In this document: piece by piece, positions 32,022-36,917 of the stretch
How positions within the stretch are numbered: position 1 is the stretch's first letter
How the letters are laid out: each line of letters opens with the position of its first letter
DNA from: an uncultured Candidatus Saccharibacteria bacterium
GTDB taxonomy: Bacteria > Patescibacteriota > Minisyncoccia > Phycocordibacterales > UBA9973
NCBI GenBank assembly: GCA_964625485.1
Contig: CAZVBK010000002.1
Span: 1 to 36,917, forward strand
DNA: 36,917 nucleotides
Reading direction: 5' to 3'
Notes under the pieces: generated by a model
Told to the model about the DNA's origin: nothing
Seen by the model: the letters and a program-made list of their open reading frames with translations, nothing else
Database searches by the model: none
Translations under genes and position numbers: made by a program

Positions 32022-34169
32022 CTAGATGTAAATCGTCTTTACTCTATCGCTCTCCCCTTCTCTTTCCAAAATGTTTAGTGGGATGTCGGCAATAAATTCT
32101 GATGGAGCGTTGATCTGACGTGAGCCGAATATTGTACGGAAATTTGCGAAAGATAAAAATAATTTATTTCGCGCACGAGTGAGGGCTACATAGAAAAGTC
32201 GGCGTTCTTCTTCGCTGTCTTCTCCGCTCTTACTGTCTCCCATTCTCTGGTGTGGGAAAAGTCCATCTTCGAGTCCGGTGATGAAAACATATTTAAATTC
32301 TAAACCTTTCGCGGCGTGGACAGTCATCAGTTTTACGGCGTTAGCGACTTCTTTTTTATTTTCACTTATCATTATGGAATCCTGGTCTGATGCTAATGAC
32401 GCATCTTCTAACAATTTTTCTATGCCTGCGCCGTTTTCTAGAGCATCGTATTTTAAGGCCAAAGTGGCTAATTCCTTAATGTTTTCAAGCCTTTCTTGGT
32501 CTTCGTCACTTCCGGTGGACAGCTCCATTTCTATCCCAGATTTCTTGACTGCGAACTTGATAACATCCGAAGCTTTCGCTGTTTTTATTTTTTCTTTTAT
32601 TTCTTCGAGAGCTTGATAAAAGCCATCCACTTTTATTTTTACTTTTGTTGGCAAGCTTGCTGTTTCTTTCGCAAAAACTTTTGCTACCGTAACCTTGCCT
32701 ATTCCTCGTACTGGAAAGTTTATAATTCTTTTTATGTCGGACAAACTGTCAGGGTTTAGTGCGGCACGCAAATACGCCAGGGTATCTTTGATTTCTTTTC
32801 TTTCGAAGAATTTTACTCCAAGAACTTGATATGGGATATTATAACGAAGCATGGCTTCTTCGAGCGCACGAGATTGAAAGTTGGCTCTGTAAAGAACTGC
32901 GATATCAGAAAGCTCGGAGGATAAATTTTTGTCACGGTCTGGCGACACGATAGACTTTTTTGTTAAGTCAGTCGCAGAAGTTTTTCCAAGGTCCTCACTT
33001 TGGGTGTTTTTAGCAAAATCGGAGGATAAATTTTTGTCACGGTCTGGCGACACGTACTCGTGCTTAACCCCGAGGACCTGAGAAAAATTTGATCCTCCGA
33101 TTTTGCTTCCGTCCAGAATCTCCACAATTTTTGTCGCCACAAAATCGGCCTCGTCTCCCTCGTCGAGTGCTTCGTAAAGTCCTATCTTATCCCCTACTTC
33201 GTTTTTGGTAAATAAGTTTTTATCAGGACGGAATTGGTTTTTTTTGATGACGATATTTGCTGCCTCTAAAATATTTTGAGTTGAACGATAATTCTCTTCT
33301 AGCAATACCACAGTCGCATTCGGATAATCTTTCTCAAAATTCAAAATATTCTTTAGATTTGCTCCACGCCAGGAATAAATATTTTGGTCGGCATCGCCAA
33401 CCACGCAGATATTCTTGGTTTTTTCCGATAAAAGCTTGGACATGAGGTATTGGACCTCATTGGTGTCCTGATACTCGTCTATGTGCACAAATTCCCATTT
33501 GTCTTGATAAATCTGCCTTATTTCGGTGTTTTCTTTCAGTAATTTAGTAGCTTTTAGTAATAAATCATCAAAATCTAGGCTGTTTTCAGCCATTTTCTTC
33601 TTTTCATACAGTCTCCACACTTGAGCGACGATTCTGCCCATCGAGCTACCTTCCCCTCGCAGGGGATCATTGATACGTTCTTCGTAGGTCTCTGGGGTCA
33701 CAAATTTACCCTTCTCTCTAGAGATAACACCCTTTATTTTCCTTGGTTCCCATTGCTTCGGGTCCAGATTGAGTTCTTTTAAAGCGTCCTTTATTAAACT
33801 ATTTGCATCTGATTCATCCAAGATGGTGAAATACTTGGTTAAACCCAATAGACGTGCGTTTTCTTTGATTATATATACTCCTAGAGAGTGAAAGGTGCTG
33901 ACGAAAGGCACAGTGTCTTGCTCGCCAGCCGATTTCCTTATCTCAGCGATTATCCTTTCCCGCATTTCTTTGGCTGCTTTGTTGGTGAAAGTAACCGCGA
34001 GGATTTTCTCTGGAGCGACGCCTTCTTTGATAAGATTCACGATTCGGTGAGTAATAGTCTTAGTTTTCCCGGCCCCTGCGCCAGCCAAAATAAGAAGCGG
34101 ACCCTTCGTGTGAAGAGCCGCTTCTTTTTGTTTTTCATTTAGTCCAGAAAGGTGTAACACAATATCCAA
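32022..34169 (-). CDS. pcrA: UvrD/PcrA-family ATP-dependent DNA helicase with a lineage-specific insertion
   Basis: Motifs AGAGAGKT, DEYQDTN, VGDADQNIYSWRGA, TVHAAKGLEF and LFYVALTRA. The start codon is TTG (34169) or GTG (34160). A ~60-aa insertion lies before DIAVLYR. Confidence 0.9.
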   Translation of the reverse strand: MDIVLHLSGLNEKQKEAALHTKGPLLILAGAGAGKTKTITHRIVNLIKEGVAPEKILAVTFTNKAAKEMRERIIAEIRKSAGEQDTVPFVSTFHSLGVYIIKENARLLGLTKYFTILDESDANSLIKDALKELNLDPKQWEPRKIKGVISREKGKFVTPETYEERINDPLRGEGSSMGRIVAQVWRLYEKKKMAENSLDFDDLLLKATKLLKENTEIRQIYQDKWEFVHIDEYQDTNEVQYLMSKLLSEKTKNICVVGDADQNIYSWRGANLKNILNFEKDYPNATVVLLEENYRSTQNILEAANIVIKKNQFRPDKNLFTKNEVGDKIGLYEALDEGDEADFVATKIVEILDGSKIGGSNFSQVLGVKHEYVSPDRDKNLSSDFAKNTQSEDLGKTSATDLTKKSIVSPDRDKNLSSELSDIAVLYRANFQSRALEEAMLRYNIPYQVLGVKFFERKEIKDTLAYLRAALNPDSLSDIKRIINFPVRGIGKVTVAKVFAKETASLPTKVKIKVDGFYQALEEIKEKIKTAKASDVIKFAVKKSGIEMELSTGSDEDQERLENIKELATLALKYDALENGAGIEKLLEDASLASDQDSIMISENKKEVANAVKLMTVHAAKGLEFKYVFITGLEDGLFPHQRMGDSKSGEDSEEERRLFYVALTRARNKLFLSFANFRTIFGSRQINAPSEFIADIPLNILEREGESDRVKTIYI
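32914..33054. repeat. 36-bp perfect direct repeat (two copies, period 105 bp) inside pcrA
   Basis: TCGGAGGATAAATTTTTGTCACGGTCTGGCGACACG at 32914-32949 and 33019-33054. In frame, it encodes VSPDRDKNLSS twice. Confidence 0.9.
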
Positions 34170-34180
34170 TATAACATGGA

Positions 34181-36871
34181 TTACTGCATTTCAAGAGATT
34201 TTAGTTTGCCATTTTGTCGTGCCCAAACAAGTCCACGCTTTATGTATTCTTCAGTGGTTTCACCTTTCCAATTGAAAAGACCTCTACCATTTGGTTCTAG
34301 GCCGGTGACCTCTTTAATTCTGTCTAGGTACTTGGCCATTTTATACTTACTTACATCTTCTACCGTTTCTGCATCCAAAGTCAAAATTTCTTTTGCTTGT
34401 TTACCGCTTACTGCACTCCAAGCCTCTTCTGTATTCTCTGGAAATATCTTTTCTATATTATGAGAATAAAGAGCTTCAGACTGCCTTATTAACTCTGGAG
34501 AGATTACCGCTCCAGGACCTCGGGTTATGCCTACCCGAGAATCATATTCCACATTGTATCCATCAGGAGTATTTCTTGGGACAGATGCTCCAGTGTTTGG
34601 GCGAGCTTGTTCGTATGCTTCAGCGACAGAAGACCTGCCTCCTGTACCAAAAACAACGTTTTGTCCATCTTTTCCAGAGCTAGTGACTATGACATCGTTT
34701 TCTACTTTATTTTTCAATACATCATGTAGTGGGTCGAGCTTGGTGGTAGGCTCGACGTCTTTAGGAAGTTTTGGTTCTGGGATGGGCTGTTCTTCGTGGG
34801 CGATGTCATTTTCAAATACATCCGCTTTTATTTCTAGTTTCTGGCCTTCTTTTAATCCCAACTTTGCACGCAGTGCAGATATTTGCTCTTCTTGTTTGGC
34901 TAAAGTTTCATCGGTTATAGGTTCTGGTGTATCCGCAACTGGTGTTTCTGGTGTATCTGCCATTGGGTCTACGTAGTTCATGTTGCCATACTGGTCATAC
35001 TCCACCTGTCCGTCTGGGACCGCCTCTGTTTTCAAAGGTTCTGGTTCAAATACGGGCGCGGTCGGAGCGGGTGTTATTGGTTCTGGTGTTTCAGCAGCTG
35101 GTGCCTCTGGAATCGGCGTTGTTTCTATTTGTTGTGGAATTGGTGTTGGAGCAACTGGCGCCACTTCGGAACCTTTTGCCTTTGAGGAGAAATCTTGCCA
35201 CTTTCGAGCACCTCCTTTTATGGATTCTACTATTTCTTCTTTATCGATAGGACCTATGACACGAGCAAGTCCTTCAAAAAGTTTTTCCGCAGAAAGAAAC
35301 AAGCTGTAAGCCGTCATTCCTCTCACGACGTTTTTGCTTGTTGACTCAGCGAGCTTAGCGAGCATGGCGTATTCATCTATTTCTCCATGCTTGGATATCA
35401 ATCTGTCATAGTCCAGGAGTCTTTTTTCAAAGAAGCTTATTTTTTGGGCGATAAGCTTCCTTTTCTCTTTCTCAGATATTTTTTGGTTTTCCTCTATTTT
35501 TAAAATATCCGAGTTTAGCAAATCCACCTTAACTGAGAGTCTTTCTCGGAGTACTTTTTGCAAAAAGCCATTACCCACAGCTGGGTTCTCTAGTCTTTTT
35601 TGGAGATCCTCTGGTAGTTCCCTTAGGTACGCATTTTGTAGTTCCTCTACCGACACATTGTCTTTCCCCTCCTTTCCGCCCTTTGTCTTTCCTGCTCTTC
35701 CTTGAGCTTTCTCGTATATTTTCATGGCTTCTTCATAAGCCCTTTCAACATCTTTAACGTCTTCTTCTGTTCTCGCAAGAACAGAATTTTCGCCTTCACT
35801 AAGATCTTTGGTTCTGCCTATTCTTGTTTTTTGTATAACCTCTTCATTTGCAAGTCGAGCCTCTTTCATTGCGCCCGTCATTCTTCCTGACAACATGGCT
35901 CCCGCCAAAATTAATCGTTGGGCACTTCCTGGGGTTGCACCTGTGGCGTCAGCAAGCAGCTTAACTGGTCTAACTATATTTTTTACTAGATAACCAATGT
36001 TTGCAACTTTGCTTAATTTTCTTACCTCCCTCCCCGCAAGGACTCTGTGTGAGGCTATCTTCTCTTCTTCTTTGTAAGATTTCTCTATTCCTTTTATGAA
36101 CCTTGCAGTAGTACTCTTTTTGTCTTTAAGTCTAGAACCTATCCAGCCAAAAGTTTTTGCAAAATATTCACTTTTCTTTTTTTCTACTATAAATCCTATG
36201 TTATGTAGACCTATTTCTACTCTTTCTTTTTCTTTTGGGGTTAGGTTTTTGACCTCATCTTTTATTTCTTTTTCATTTACATTTACATCAAGGGCGTCGC
36301 TAGTTTCCTTCTCAGGCACTGTTTTTTCTTGATCAGCGTTTTCTTGCTGTTTAGGCCCATATTTTATTTCATCTTGGCTTTTACCTACCGCTGCTGTTGT
36401 TTCTGTTTTTGGTTGAACTACCCCAGTTATTAAGTCTGGCTCACCTTTTTGTTTTTTAGATCGACTTTTTTTAACTTCAAATTCCCCCCAATTGTTGGCT
36501 TCGTCCCTAACTTTCTTTACATGTTGGTTTAGACCACGATTTCTCTTGTCATTGCTTTTTTGAGACTGAGGCTTACTGTCAGCATTCTTTTTTTGAATTA
36601 ACATTTCGGCCTCTCCTATCCAGTTATTCAAAGCATTAGACAGTTCTGAGTCTGGATTTAGCTCAAGCAAACTCATCATTTCTGAGATCTTGGATTCTAG
36701 CTCTTGGGGGGTGTGTTGGTCCCAATTTTCATTCCCAATTTTTGCCATCCTATCTTTGATGGCCATGTTATTGCTTTCTTTTTTAGCTTCTTCCGTTGCT
36801 TTAATTAGTATATTTATTTCTTCTGTTGTGAGGCCTTCTCTTTTTTCTTTTTTGTCAGCGACCTGGTCCAC
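34181..36871 (-). CDS. very large K/E/P-rich protein, mostly low complexity; possibly 5-prime truncated by the window
   Basis: 896 aa from a GTG. The same frame stays open up to base 36916 (...AKKYGKKTTVVETAA before the GTG), so the true start may lie outside the window. Contains Pro-rich acidic repeats (TPEPITPAPTAPVFEPEP, DTPETPVADTPEPI) and a more ordered C-terminal ~200 aa. Confidence 0.55.
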   Translation of the reverse strand: MDQVADKKEKREGLTTEEINILIKATEEAKKESNNMAIKDRMAKIGNENWDQHTPQELESKISEMMSLLELNPDSELSNALNNWIGEAEMLIQKKNADSKPQSQKSNDKRNRGLNQHVKKVRDEANNWGEFEVKKSRSKKQKGEPDLITGVVQPKTETTAAVGKSQDEIKYGPKQQENADQEKTVPEKETSDALDVNVNEKEIKDEVKNLTPKEKERVEIGLHNIGFIVEKKKSEYFAKTFGWIGSRLKDKKSTTARFIKGIEKSYKEEEKIASHRVLAGREVRKLSKVANIGYLVKNIVRPVKLLADATGATPGSAQRLILAGAMLSGRMTGAMKEARLANEEVIQKTRIGRTKDLSEGENSVLARTEEDVKDVERAYEEAMKIYEKAQGRAGKTKGGKEGKDNVSVEELQNAYLRELPEDLQKRLENPAVGNGFLQKVLRERLSVKVDLLNSDILKIEENQKISEKEKRKLIAQKISFFEKRLLDYDRLISKHGEIDEYAMLAKLAESTSKNVVRGMTAYSLFLSAEKLFEGLARVIGPIDKEEIVESIKGGARKWQDFSSKAKGSEVAPVAPTPIPQQIETTPIPEAPAAETPEPITPAPTAPVFEPEPLKTEAVPDGQVEYDQYGNMNYVDPMADTPETPVADTPEPITDETLAKQEEQISALRAKLGLKEGQKLEIKADVFENDIAHEEQPIPEPKLPKDVEPTTKLDPLHDVLKNKVENDVIVTSSGKDGQNVVFGTGGRSSVAEAYEQARPNTGASVPRNTPDGYNVEYDSRVGITRGPGAVISPELIRQSEALYSHNIEKIFPENTEEAWSAVSGKQAKEILTLDAETVEDVSKYKMAKYLDRIKEVTGLEPNGRGLFNWKGETTEEYIKRGLVWARQNGKLKSLEMQ

Positions 36872-36917
36872 AGCAGCTGTTTCTACAACTGTAGTTTTCT
36901 TTCCGTACTTTTTTGCT

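Noticed and set aside
32914-33054. CRISPR array
   Set aside because: There are only two copies of a 36-bp repeat, they lie in frame inside the pcrA coding sequence, and no cas genes are present.
34176-36332. Plus-strand ORFs opposite the 896-aa gene (for example 34527-34976, 34927-35250, 34980-35309, 36096-36332)
   Set aside because: They are shadow frames created by the repetitive K/E/P-rich coding strand. They overlap each other and have no independent support.

Overview
This is an AT-rich, very gene-dense bacterial chromosome segment that spans the replication-origin neighbourhood. dnaA-dnaN carry DnaA-box clusters on both sides of dnaA, and rpmH-rnpA-yidD-yidC-jag run divergently from dnaA. 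To the left of the origin are housekeeping genes: holA-like, an ICMT-family membrane methyltransferase, polA, an orphan pilB/gspE-type ATPase, ruvB-ruvC, tyrS, a class A PBP and a DUF721/DciA-like gene. This side also holds a tRNA-Lys(UUU) and a PIN-toxin pair. To the right of the origin, on the minus strand, pcrA/uvrD and rsmA are followed by a ~13.8 kb, ten-gene co-directional cluster (17419-31202). It encodes a VirB4-type ATPase, a separate VirB4-N-terminal-like protein, a PrgI/VirB3-like protein, a VirB6/TrbL-like polytopic protein and a pilin fused to an M15 (VanY-like) peptidoglycan peptidase. It also encodes several large signal-anchored proteins that I cannot assign to any family. No coupling protein, relaxase or integrase is visible. 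The protein styles (short YidC, T4SS_pilin-type protein, many orphan secreted proteins, near-zero intergenic spacers) suggest a Patescibacteria/CPR (Parcubacteria-like) genome; this is inference, not proof. Several features lie below the ORF-track cutoff or outside coding regions:
- rpmH (44 aa), a 51-aa very acidic protein with its own terminator, and a 56-aa putative antitoxin.
- A ~170-nt inverted-repeat-closed structured element after pilB.
- A hairpin leader that abuts the tyrS AUG.
- A recurrent -10-hexamer-N6-8-ATG arrangement, which suggests widespread leaderless transcription.
- A recurring purine-rich intergenic motif.

All calls come from reading the sequence and ORF translations by eye. 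No searches were run.
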